Shown piece by piece: positions 1 through 12,530 of a stretch of DNA of 64,000 bases (the stretch's first letter is position 1; every line of letters begins with the position of its first letter). The DNA is from Octopus sinensis (Eukaryota). The stretch spans positions 66,092,001 through 66,156,000 of the forward strand of contig NC_043006.1 of the NCBI RefSeq assembly GCF_006345805.1, read 5' to 3'. The position numbers and the translations under genes were made by a program. The notes under the pieces are model-generated. The model made no database searches. It saw nothing but the letters and a program-made list of their open reading frames with translations, and was not told the DNA's origin.

Positions 1-498
1 AATAATGGACTGAACTGAACCGTAACTAATCTGTATATCCTCTGATAACTCAAGGATGGGGATTCAACAAATTTCTCTCACAACTGCACCACATCTGCGA
101 TGTTTTATAAGTTGTGTTGGTTGTGGGTCTCCCAGAACGTTCATCAATATCGACATTTTTTCGGCTATGTTGGAAATGTTCGAACCACTCGTACACTTGT
201 GTGCGGCTCATACACTCCTCTCCATACACTTTCTGCAACTTTGCGTAGGCCCCTGAGCAGGTATCACCATGATAACTTTCTTTGTCATAGCCAATGCGAC
301 GATCACACGCTACACACCTTCCTTCCAAGCACAGCTGTAAAAGCGGAAGTGAGTTAGAATGTTAAAACTGAGTGTGCATGCGCAGCAAAGTTTAAGGTCA
401 ATCCTTGCCAAGCGGCTTCACTCTGTGTGCTTTAGTTTCATGTGCTTTAGTTTCATTACTATGCAAACAGTCCGGATACTTATTGATCAGACTTCGTA
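1..498 (-). mobile_element. Mariner transposon 5' part (TIR plus degenerate N-terminal HTH of the transposase)
   Basis: ORF 50..328 reads KLQKVYGEECMSRTQVYEWFEHFQHSRKNVDIDERSGRP, a mariner HTH with the RSGRP linker. A mariner-type TIR (TACGAAGTCTGATCAATAAGTATCCGGACT on the minus strand) lies at ~469-498 and ends in TA. Confidence 0.85.
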
Positions 499-608
499 TA
501 TATATATATAAAACTTACTTGGAAGAGGATGCGTGGCGTTCAATCATCTAATAATATAAATAATATATATATGCATATATACATACGTATATGTACATAC
601 ATCTATGC

Positions 609-665
<57 letters not shown>

Positions 666-669
<4 letters not shown>

Positions 670-1037
670 TATGTGGGCACAGGACGTCTCGAAACTTGTA
701 CAACAAAAAGAAAATACGAAGTACGAGTACATGGAATATGAACTATTTTTTTCGAACAACGAGAGACACAAACAGAAAACAAGACAAACAACATAAAGAA
801 CGACCCTTCATCAGTTGTTGAGAGCAACTGTTTTATCGAAAGCTTATACTATTGTTAAATGCTAAAAATACGAGAGTAAAAAAAAAACAGCCAACAACTG
901 ATGAAGGGTCGTTCTTTAAGTTGTTTGTCTTGTTTTCCGTTTGTGTCTTTCGTTATTCGAAAAAATAGCTCATATTCCATGTACTCGTACTTCGTATTTT
1001 TTGTTGTATACGTTTCATGAAGTCCTGTGCCCACACA

Positions 1038-1042
<5 letters not shown>
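666..1042. mobile_element. Fold-back element inserted in (TA)n, probably a PLE pseudo-LTR remnant
   Basis: Arms ~666-820 and ~892-1042 are diverged reverse complements, with (TA)n on both sides. A related single arm lies at ~12060-12282. Confidence 0.6.
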
Positions 1043-1104
<62 letters not shown>

Positions 1105-1112
<8 letters not shown>

Positions 1113-1494
1113 AAAGAGTTGTGTGTCTGTCTCCTACGATTTAGATTCCTAACTACTCCCACATTTTGCGGTGCAGTTTAACCAAAACCGGGTATCTTAT
1201 AGTCATGATTCATATCGAGCCCTTCTGGGTATTAGCGCGCGTCTACGATGAGTCTACGATTTAAAAAAAAATTACCATCATTTTTTTCCATTTTAATGCA
1301 TTTTTTCGCTATTATATAAGGGAAGTAACTATCTAAAAATGTCTAAGATGAGTCAACGGTTTTTAAAAAAATTTACCATAATTTTTTTTCCATTTTTAAT
1401 GCATTTTTTTGCTATTTTTTGGCTATAACTCTCTAAAAATGCTTATATAGTTATTTCCCTTACAAACCCAAGCAACGCCGGGCAATACTGCTAG
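1105..1494 (+). mobile_element. Non-autonomous Helitron-like element
   Basis: GC-rich subterminal hairpin-like CCCAAGCAACGCCGGG followed by a terminal CTAG (1491-1494) and then T. Same family as 9547-11905. Confidence 0.7.
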
Positions 1495-1611
1495 TATATA
1501 TATATAATATAAATTAGAGATAAAACCACTATTATGCAATTCAAACAATGATAGACATAAACCAAAACACAAATAACAAATAAAAAATATTTTTATAAAA
1601 TGAATATATAT

Positions 1612-1648
<37 letters not shown>

Positions 1649-1821
1649 TCCAAGAAAGTTAGAGGTTGTGAATCCAACCAAGGGATAATATCTAACCATT
1701 ATATTGCTGGTAGAATACCCAATTATTAATACACCTGTGTTCTTTTTATTGCATTGCAATTACATTACCGAGTGTAATAAATGGGTGAAGGTAAAGAGAT
1801 ATTTTACCATTAATTTATAGG

Positions 1822-2205
1822 GCAATAAGAAAATGGAGAGGATCAATAGGTGGTATTCATCAACTTTTAGACATTATATTATGTCTATTTATTTATTTAT
1901 TTATTTATTTATTTACTGACAATTATTTATTGACAATTAAAACAATATACATACATGTATAACATATTATGCTTTACATATACAATATATAGATACCAGT
2001 AATTATTAAAATATATAACATACAGGAATATGTTATATATTTTAATAATTACTGGTATCTTTATATACTGTACATGTAAAGGATATGTTATACATGTATG
2101 TATATTGTTGTAATTGTCACTTTAGTAAATAAATAAATAAATTGACATAATATTATGTCTAAAAGTTGATGAATACCACCTATTGATCCCCTCCATTTCC
2201 TTATT

Positions 2206-2208
<3 letters not shown>
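1822..2208. repeat. Imperfect inverted repeat of ~190 bp arms, fold-back retroelement remnant
   Basis: GCAATAAG..GATCAATAGGTGGTATTCATCAACTTTTAGAC.. is mirrored at ~2030-2208, centred near 2024. Confidence 0.7.
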
Positions 2209-2282
<74 letters not shown>

Positions 2283-3347
2283 AATTCTATATAATTCTAA
2301 CGGAATGATTTGTAGAAGGTAAAACCATGCCATCATTAATCTTTGTCAAACTGAAATCAACAATGAAACTCCAAAAGCAGTCGCTTGATAAGTTAGAAAA
2401 ATAACATTTTCATCAGATCACACCTTACTATATTAAACTAGTGCTTGATACAAATAAAACTACAGGACGTTCACAGCTGGAATGCCTTTGAACTCTACCT
2501 TGGGTCAAACAATAACAAGAACTAATTATGACCAAACGCTGGACTCTCATACCGTAGTCGATAGATGAAGGATCTGCAGTTTCTTGTCGAACAACCTGCA
2601 AAGACGATTTGCTTATGGCAATGGAATGTGTATGCTGGACATTCGCTCAATCTCGCCATCAAATTGATATTACCTGTACAGGTGTACAGGGGTGCCATAA
2701 ATCAGGTATGCAAAGTGATCGCAGAGCAACGTGAAAGGAATCATTTTGTTCAAGAATACAACGCACCACTCGGTTTGAGAATCGAAACAACGATAAGCTC
2801 TTGGCCACGCGCCTACACTTTCGAATGAATATCATAGTTACAACAGCAATAACAACAACAACAGTTGCTTCTATTTTAGGTACAAGACGTAATTTTAAGG
2901 GGAGGAGTTTAATCGATTACATCAAACACACTACTTGATTAATACGTTATTTTATCGACCCCAAAAGAACGAATGGCCATATTGATCTCGGCAGGACTTG
3001 AACTCAAAACATGAAGAGCCTAAGATTAAAACAGCAATTAAAATCAAGAATTTATTCCGTCTCCACATTTCGCTGTCTTTCGTCGATACCATTTGGAGTC
3101 TTGTCGAAAATATCGGTAACACGAAACTTAGAGCAACAGTGTAACATCTGAACAACGGTGAAGAAACAAGAGTAAGTGAAGAAACACAGTAATCGTACGT
3201 ACCACAGAAAAGGGGGTTTTCTGCCCCGAGAGGCCCCATTATTCATTACGTGAAAAATTTTAATAATCTAAAACCATCTTTGGAACATAAGTAATGTATG
3301 TTCTCAGTTTGGAGAAAATCAGTTGCAAACGTCAGAAGTTATGCGGC

Positions 3348-3395
<48 letters not shown>

Positions 3396-3497
3396 TATAT
3401 ATATATATATATATGTATATATAGACATAAAAATATATTACTTTCGCCTTTCTTTACTTTATTCATTGTTGTTTGTATCTCTGTGTTTGTGTTTTTA

Positions 3498-3536
<39 letters not shown>

Positions 3537-4124
3537 CTGTCTGCATGCATGCATGCATGCATACATACATACATACATACATACATACATACCAATCTAA
3601 ATCATACATTAGCGATTAAAAGCGTTCAGGCTCTGTGTAACTAAAAGAACATATTCATATTAGATCGAAGAACTGCATTGGCTTTCTAAATTCGATATCA
3701 AACATTTTTACAAAATGTTTCCACCAGGACAAGGTCCTGTTATCAAACTGGACTAGACTTAAAGTTTAACTGTGACTCCTTGATCAAGTATCTTCTATTA
3801 TAGCCTTGTGAATGAATTTGGTAGACGGAACCTGGAAGCCTGTCGTGTGTGTGTGTGTGTGTGTGTGTGAACATCACTTGACGTATTGAGGTCCCAACAT
3901 CACGTGTTGGTGTGTTTACGTTCATAGAACTTAGCGGTTCGGCATAAGAAACCGATAAAATAAGTAGCAGGCTCTGAAAAATAAATATAAGCACTGGTTT
4001 CGATTCGATAGACTAAAATTCTTGAAAGCGGTGCCTCAGCATGGTCGCGGTTTGATGACTGAAATAAAGAAAAAATACAAGATACATATATACATGCTTG
4101 ATCGCTCAACCCACAAGTTTTTTT

Positions 4125-4275
4125 AAATTCTGTTTATTTCCTCTTATTCCTTTCTGCCGAAGAGCGTAGGCTCCCAACGTAAAAGACTTTCTCACTTTCC
4201 TGAGCATCAAACTAATACACCTGCTTGTTATTCATACACCTGTCTTCATCTTTTTTTTTCTGTAAATTTCAATTA
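4125..4275 (+). mobile_element. PLE pseudo-LTR fragment with decayed hammerhead; other copies at ~5225-5445 (-), ~57015-57185 (-), ~60975-61180 (+)
   Basis: Shared motif resembling CCTTTCTGYYGAAGAGCGTAGGCTC(GA/CC)AACGT. The 57 kb copy is contiguous with a GIY-YIG remnant. Confidence 0.65.
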
Positions 4276-4292
4276 CACACACACACACACAC

Positions 4293-4329
<37 letters not shown>

Positions 4330-5233
4330 CGTCGTGGTACTCCGTCGGTTACAACGACTAGGGTTCCAGTTGAACCGATCAACGGAACATCCTGTTCGTG
4401 AAATTAACGTTCAAGCGGCTGAGCACTCCACAGACACGTGTACCCTTAACGTAGTTCTCGGGGAGATTCAGCGTGACATAGAGTGTGACAAGGCTGGCTC
4501 CTTGTCAAGAACAAGACATCACCAACGAGTGAAATATACGTAAACACATAATGAGAGACAAGTACGGAACAAAATACCAAAAGAAGTCTAACCCCTCCTC
4601 AGCTGTCGACTTAATTACTCCCTATTTCGAGCTTTTAACGACAAGATAGGAACACTTCATAAAATAGCAGCATCCAAAAAATTTTAAAAGTATAAGATTT
4701 CTGGAGAGTTAGATCTTCGAACGAACAAACAATGACAGGGTGGACGTACAGAGTAAACAATTGACGAAGACAAACATTAAGGGCCGTTAGGCCAAGAGCA
4801 CATTGTAATGGGCAACGCCTGGGAGAAATTTTGAAATTATATAGAATAAATACAAGAGAAGAAAATAGTAGAAGAGAGAAAAAGAGAGAAAAATGTCGGG
4901 AGGCGAGGAAAAATGACGTCCAGCTAAGTACGCGTAGCGTCCAAAAAAAAAAGAGAGAGAGGTGAGACAAAAATGGCCTGTAGTCACATAGGAACAAATA
5001 GGCAGAGGAGAAGGGCGACAGGAGAGAGGATGAGGGAAAGAAACAAAGGGAATGAGGAGACGGGAGAAAGAAGATAAGATAGTAGGGAGTGGAAGAAAGA
5101 TAGACAGGGGACAGCAAAGAAGGAGGGGAGAAACGGAAAATAAAGAGGATTATAGAAGGATACAGAGAAAGAAAGAAAGGGAACAGAGAGTAGAGTCGCA
5201 GAAATTATAAATAAAAGCAAAAACTTACTGTGG

Positions 5234-5274
<41 letters not shown>

Positions 5275-5480
5275 TGTATATATAGTGAGTATTTACAAAA
5301 AAAAAAACTGAAGACGAAGTCAGGTGTGTAAACAACAAACAGATGTATTAGTTTAACGCTCGGGAAGTGAGAAAGTCGTTCACGTTTCGAGCCTACGCTC
5401 TTCGACGGAAAGGAACACAGAAATAAGCAGGGAGAGAAAATAAAATACGCACACAAACATTTCTATACATGCATACATAC

Positions 5481-5543
<63 letters not shown>

Positions 5544-6737
5544 CGTATCTATGAGTATGTGACTGTAATTTTTTGCTATGTATATATGTATGCATACGAT
5601 TTACTTCTTCCTTAGTGCATTTCTTTGTTTCTCTCTCTCTTTGCCTTTCACTATCTAATTTGTGTATCTATTTTCCTCTTGATCTGTTTATTTATGCATC
5701 TTTCCCTTTCAGAGGAGGCCAACGCAGCGAAGGTTCCTTATTAACTTCGTGACTTAACAGCAAACACAGTAATAAACACGCGCGTGCACACACCCAACCC
5801 ACACTCACACACAAGTCTCCATTTACCAAGCGGCTTCCAAGCCACCAGCGACCAGCGCCATTTTCTACAAGCTTCCTCACCACGTCTCTTCTTCGCTTCC
5901 CCTTTCGTTTACATACACAAATTCACACACATATACGCAAACAAAAATGTCTCTTAAAAAAGTTTCATTTCATAAACTCATTTTGTTTTCCACTTTCACT
6001 TTAAATTAGAGAGCGGTCCCTACTTGAAATCTTTTGTAAAAAGTAGAATAAATAAATGCGATAAAAAATCGTCTGCCACTTAAGACTCCATTTTATTTAC
6101 AATCATATATTACTTGTTCTCAGCTGTGTCGCGTTGTATTCTCTTTGTTTTTATATTACCTCATCAAAAAACATCGTTAACAACAGCAATAAAGGGGAAA
6201 CGTAGGATTGTTGTCGACTTCGATGTTGTTACACCAAATTTTCAGCTAAACCAGGCGTGAATCAATCCATTGAACTCTCTACATTGAAATGTCTCCTCTA
6301 ATTTTGTCTCATTTGTCACGTGTCTGCGTGTATGTGTGCGCGTGTGCACACATACATATATTTGCAAATACAATCTCCGTGAATCCACGCACACACAGAC
6401 ATATACATAATACATGTATGTATACAGGTATGTGCACATATACACACAAACACGTTTATACGTTCGCTTGTGTACGACTCTATTTGTATACAAGCAAATA
6501 CATGCGTGTTCATATATATGAAGAACAGTAGTTATATGGCATATATGTGTTTAATTCAGACCAGGCAATTCATTGTATATGTATATAGGTCTCTTGCTCT
6601 CCACACACACGCACACACACACATATATATATAGCATACATACATCTACACATCTGCGTCAATACTCGCATGCCTACAACACAGTCAAACATGATAGCCT
6701 TATCGAACACAGCTTTATTACATTTACTTAATACCTA

Positions 6738-6799
<62 letters not shown>

Positions 6800-6861
6800 G
6801 GGAGTGAGAGAAAGAGGGAGTGAGAGAGGGAGAGAGGGAGAGAGAGGGAGTGAGAGAGAGA

Positions 6862-6927
<66 letters not shown>

Positions 6928-7129
6928 CGTAGTGCTATAGAGGAACAGAAGCGTCTGGTGGAATATTTTCATGTTGCTGTCGGTTCTCCGTAGCCGCCGC
7001 CGCCGCCACCACCACCACCACCACCACCACCACCACCAAACATTCTATAATACCCACGTTTCACAGCCATCTAATAAAAAGTTCTCTCATTCTCGTCTCT
7101 CTCTGTATGAATACAACTAATTTCTGGCA

Positions 7130-7445
7130 GTAAATCTCCTCATTATGCAATCTATGCGATCGGGAATTTTCCGTTCGGTCTGGACTCACAAGGCACATAA
7201 AAGTACACAGCTGCACAGAATGAGCGCGCAATTACAACATATGAATATGAATGCCGCATCTGTAACAGAAATGCAAGCCGTTTGCAAGTTTTAGAAAACC
7301 ATTGTAGGTCTGATGGTCACAAAAAAAAAAAAAAAGAAAAAAAAAAGCGAATAACAAGTCTTCACTCTTCTGAAACAAGATAATTTGTCAGCGATTGTCA
7401 CCTAAACAATTCGAGAACCACCATTTATGTATGTACATATGTATG
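7130..7445 (+). pseudogene. 3' end of an RTE-like LINE encoding two C2H2 zinc fingers
   Basis: From 7146: CNLCDREFSVRSGLTRHIKVH (C-x2-C-x3-F-x5-L-x2-H-x3-H), then a stop, a frameshifted YECRICNR finger, an A-run and a (TATG)n-like tail. Confidence 0.6.
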
Positions 7446-7968
7446 CATCTGCGTAAATAAATCTGCTAGTATACATGACAATGTGTGAATCAATGTTTTT
7501 ATTTATATATGGGTGTTTATATATATATCTCTCTGTCTCATACAAACACACGCACACACACACACATGCACATACGCATATCTATACACGTGTGTGCATG
7601 TATGTTTTAAACGACAAACCTCTAGAATGTCTTACATATATTTACAGATCCGTTAATGGCTTCGGATTGTAATTTCTTAATTAGTCATGTCCCCTGTGGT
7701 TTTGTGCAGGCGCGTGGCTTAGTGGTTGGGGTGTTGGATTCATGATCGTAAGATTGTGATTTCGAGTTGTGTTCTTGAGTGAAACACTTCATTTCATGTT
7801 GCTCCAGTCCACTCAGCTGGCGAAAATGAGTAACCCTGCGACAGGTGGGGAATATATATGGCGACCAGGAAACCGGTCCTTATGACTCGGCATGACTCGA
7901 GGAGGTAACTTTATTTTTACCTTTGGTTTTATGAAGCCAAGCTTCTCAAGATTTATGCCGAGGCAGTT

Positions 7969-8823
7969 CAGCGCTGGATTAACCATTAAGCAAAATAAGA
8001 ACGTACTCAGAGCATCAAAGGAATGGGGGAACCACAGAAATGGTAAATAGTTTACGGCACAAAAGAAAAATCACTTTAAACTTGTTAAAATAATATTCGA
8101 AATGTTTTATATGATAGGAAATATAACTTTGAAGTGTTTGAAGTGAAGATCTGATCAAAGACTTTTCATAGATTGGAATTTAAATCCTAATCTCTATAGT
8201 GGCTGTGTGGTAAGTAGCTTGCTTATGAACTACATGGTTCCAGGTTCAGTCCCACTGCGTGGCACCTTGGGCAAGTGTCTTATACTATAGCCTCGGGCCG
8301 ACCAAAGCCTTGTGAGTGGATTTGGTAGACGGAAACTGAAAGAAGCACGACGTATATATGTATATAAATGTATGTGTATATGTTTGTGTGTCTGTGTTTG
8401 TCGCCCCCCCCCCCCAACATCGCTTGACAACCGATGCTGGTGTGTTTACGTTCCCATAACTTAGCGGTTCGGCAAAAGAGACCGATATAATAAGTTCTTG
8501 GCTTACAAAGAATAAGTCGTGGGGTCGATTTGCTCGACTAAAGGCGGTGCTCCAGCATGGTCACATTCACATGACTGAAACAAGTAAAGGAGTAATTAAA
8601 AAAAAAGTAGGAGAAAAATTTTTCAAATAGAGATAAAGTAGAAATACAGAAAAACAAACAGTAGAGAATTCTCCCTCTCACTGTTGGTTGGTTCTCTTTC
8701 ATTTTGAAAAATAAAAGTTTATTTTGTGGTTTATTATTGTTTGTTTTAGAAGTACATATATATATAGGGGCACGAAATTATTTTAAGTGCTTAGAGTCTT
8801 TAGGGGGTCTTAATTCGGCCCTA
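7969..8823. mobile_element. hAT-family MITE carrying a SINE insertion
   Basis: Perfect 8-bp TSD AGGCAGTT (7961-7968 and 8824-8831). Imperfect TIRs CAGCGCTGGATTAA and TAGGGCCGAATTAA. Confidence 0.85.
8199..8592 (+). mobile_element. tRNA-derived SINE, family A; further copies near 3755, 8845, 17617, 18495, 19762, 20209, 24010, 32555, 35043, 35435, 40165, 46900, 50625, 51454, 58860
   Basis: A-box TGGCTGTGTGG, B-box GGTTCAGTCC, body GCACCTTGGGCAAGTGTCTT..GGAAACTGAAAGAAG, internal microsatellite, tail TGACTGAAACAAGTAAA. Confidence 0.9.
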
Positions 8824-9510
8824 AGGCAGTTATATATATTTTTTATTCTTTTATTTGTTTCAGTCATTTGACTGCGGCCATGCTGGAGCGCCGCCTCTAG
8901 TCGAACAAATCAACCTCAGGATTTATTCTTTGTAAGCCTAGTACGTATTCTATCGGTAACAGAATAACAGCAATCAAATAATGACAACGGAGTGCGCAAC
9001 AAACATAAGCAATCTGACGGTCACCTGTACTCTTGACAAGAGATGCAAGTTAGTCATTCGTATTAGCCCGAGTTGCTGGATAAGTTTTCGTTTCTTTAAA
9101 AATATTGTAGAGTGGAAGCTTTTCATAGATTGGAATTTAAATCCTAATCTCTATAGACATTTATTGTTTCAAGAAAACATTGAATTTGAATTACTTTTGA
9201 TTTTTACGATTATAGATAACAACTCGGGCTGTAACTTCTGAACCCGAGTCAGGCGCGTGTGAACGATGTCGAGAGAACGTCAGCTACAAATGATATTTTC
9301 TGACACAGGGCACCTCTAAGACGATTGCCAGACGCTGAACAAAAATAAATGAACTGCGAGTAGGCTCGATAAAAGGAGATCGAGTTATTGGCTGCAATTA
9401 CATACTTGAAGTTAGTGTTAACAGAAATTAAATCAACTTGCAAATACACGTTCACTTTATTAAAATTATACTCGGGCTAAGCCCGAACAACCCGCGTGTC
9501 GGAGTCGCCA

Positions 9511-9546
<36 letters not shown>

Positions 9547-9547
<1 letters not shown>

Positions 9548-11902
9548 TAGCAGTATCGCCCGGCGTTGCTCGGGTTTGTAAGGGAAATAACTATAAAGCA
9601 TTTTTAGAGAGTTATAGCCAAAACATAGCAAAAAAATGCATTAAAAATGGAAAAAAAATTATAGTAAATATTTTTTAAATCGTTGACTCATCGTAGACAT
9701 TTTTAGAGAGTTACTTCCCTTATATAATAGCAAAAAAATGCATTAAAATGGAAAAAAATGATGGTAAATTATTTTTAAAATCGTAGACGCGCGCTAATAC
9801 CCAGAAGGGCTCGATATGAATCACGACTATAAGATACCCGGTTTTGGTTAAACTGCACCGCAAAATGTGGGAGTAGTTAGGAATCTAAATCGTAGGAGAC
9901 AGACACACAACTTCACTTTTATATATAAAGATTTGTGCAACAACTAAAACATTCGGTTATGCAAATTGTTTGCACAGGAAACCTGCCCTGTGTGGCATTT
10001 TTGCCGTTTTTGTGGATCTGTTTCAGCTTTTTTAGCGATTTCTGTTTTGGCGACTTCAAGCCATGAAGTCGTTGTTCTAAAAGAACGCTGGTCTCCTTGA
10101 CAACGCTTTACGACGTTGATTTCCTTACACTCCCTTCCCCACAGCTTCACGAGGGAGGGAAGAAGGGGGAGAAGCAACACAGGTGCAGGTGTGAGCATGG
10201 ACGCCAACTCCGCCGCCATCGACACACGAAAAAATATGCGTTAAAATGGAAAAAAATGATGTTAAATTATTTTTAAAATCGTAGACTCATCGTAGACGCG
10301 CGCTAATACCCAGACGGGATCGATATGAATCACGACTATAAGAGATCCGAATTTGGTTAAACTGCACCGCAAAATGTGGGAGTAGTTAGGAATCTAAATC
10401 GTAGGAGACAGACACTCACACAACTTTACTTTTATATATAGACTAGCAGTATCACCCGGCGTTGCTCGGATTTGTAAGGGAAATAACTATATAAGCATTT
10501 TTAGAGAGTTACTTCCCTTATAGATGCTAATTCGGGCTTTCTTAGCCATTTCTGTTTTGGTGTCTTCAAGCCATGAAGTCGTTGTTCTAAAAGAACGCTG
10601 GTCTCCTTGACAACGCATTACGACGTTGATTTCTTTACACTCCCTTCCCCACAGCTTCACGAGGGAGGGAAGGGGGAGAAGCAAACAGGTGCAGCTGTGA
10701 GCGTGGACGCCAACTCCGCCGCCATCGACACACGAAAAATTATGCATTAAAATGGAATAAAAAATGATGTTAAATTATTTTTAAAATCGTAGACTCATCG
10801 TTGACGCGCGCTAATAGCCAGACGTGCTTGATATGAATCACGACTATAAGATACCCGAATTTGGTTAAACTGCACCGCAAAATGTGGGAGGTGTTAGGAA
10901 TCTAAATCGAAGGGGACAGACACTCACACGACTAGAGTTTTATATATATAGATATATATATGGTCTTATGCTATATGCGCACATATATGTGCGTGCGGCA
11001 ACGTGTGCGTGCGCCTGCGCAAAAGTGTGACTGCGCATGCGCAAACGTGTGATTGCGCATGCGCGAAAGTGTGACTGCGCATGCGCGAAGGTGCGACTGC
11101 GCATGCGCGAACGTGTGACTGCGCATGCGCGAATGTGTGACTGCGCATGCGCGAAGTTGCGACTGCGCATGCGTGAAAGTGTGACTGCGCATGCGTGAAA
11201 GTGTGACTGCGCATGCGCGAAAGTGTGACTGCGCCTGCGCGAACGTGTGCGTGCGCATGCGCGAACGTGTGTGTGCGCATGCGCGAAAGTGTGACTGCGC
11301 ATGCGTGAAAGTGTGACTGCGCATGCGCGAAAGTGTAACTGCGCCTGCGCGAACGTGTGCGTGCGCATGCGCGAACGTGTGTGTGCGCATGCGCGAACGT
11401 GTGACTGCGCATGCGCGAAAGTGTGACTGCGCATGCGCGAACTTGTGACTGCGCCTGCGCGAACGTGTGACTGCGCATGCGCGAAATTGTGACTGCGCAT
11501 GCGCGAACGTGTGCGTGCGCATGCGCGAACATGTGACTGCGCATACGCGACGTGTGCGTGCGCATGCGCGAACGTGTGACTGCGTACGCGCAAAAGTGTG
11601 ACTGCGCATGCGCAGTCACACTTTGCGAGGGAGGGAAGAAGGGGGAGAAGCAACACAGGTGCAGGTGTGAGCATGGACGCCAACTCCGCCGCCATCGACA
11701 CACGAAAAAATTGGAAGAAATGGAAAAAAATGATGTTAAATTATTTTTAAAATCGTAGACTCATCGTAGACGCGCGCTAATACCCAGACGGGCTCGATAT
11801 GAATCACGACTATAAGATACCCGAATTTGGTTAAACTGCACCGCAAGATGTGGGAGTAGTTAGGAATCTAAATCGTAGGAGACAGACACTCACACAACTT
11901 CA

Positions 11903-11905
<3 letters not shown>
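9547..11905 (-). mobile_element. Head-to-tail array of about four Helitron-like units
   Basis: CTAG plus hairpin 3' ends at 9547 and 10443. The block TCGTAGACGCGCGCTAATA..GGAATCTAAATCGTAGGAGACAGACAC repeats four times in the same orientation. A 5' TC occurs at ~9931. Confidence 0.75.
10999..11624. repeat. GC-rich 22-bp minisatellite (GCGCGAAAGTGTGACTGCGCAT)n, about 28 copies
   Basis: Directly visible tandem units. They explain the repetitive ORFs at 10940-11703. Confidence 0.95.
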
Positions 11906-11945
<40 letters not shown>

Positions 11946-12358
11946 AGCTTTCACCACTTGACCTCGTTATGGCTTAACAGCCCTTACCGTTTGTTTTAAC
12001 TGTCTTGCTTTTGTTACCAGCTTTGACCTCCCTCGCAAATCCCAAATTTTATTTAATTTGCTTTGCAGAAGCAACTGTTTTAACGAAGACGCATCTTGTC
12101 CTAACGCTCGAATTTGCGGAGTAGATAAAACAGTGGACAACTAATGAAGGATTGTTCTTTATGTTGCCTGTTCCATTGTTTCTTTCGTTGTTCAAAAAAA
12201 GTTCATTTTCCATGTTTTTATATTTCATGTTTCCGTTTTTCATGTTGTTTACGTTTTTTGATTTCCTGTACCCATATATGCATGTGTATATACATATATA
12301 TGTACATACATATATATGTATGTACATATATATATATATATGTACATACATATATGTA

Positions 12359-12414
<56 letters not shown>

Positions 12415-12490
12415 CATATATGTATGTACATATATATGTATGTACATATATATGTATGTACATATATATGTATGTACATATATATATATG

Positions 12491-12528
<38 letters not shown>

Positions 12529-12530
12529 AT

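Noticed and set aside
10940-11703. Three overlapping ORFs longer than 200 aa
   Set aside because: Produced by a stop-free 22-bp tandem repeat.
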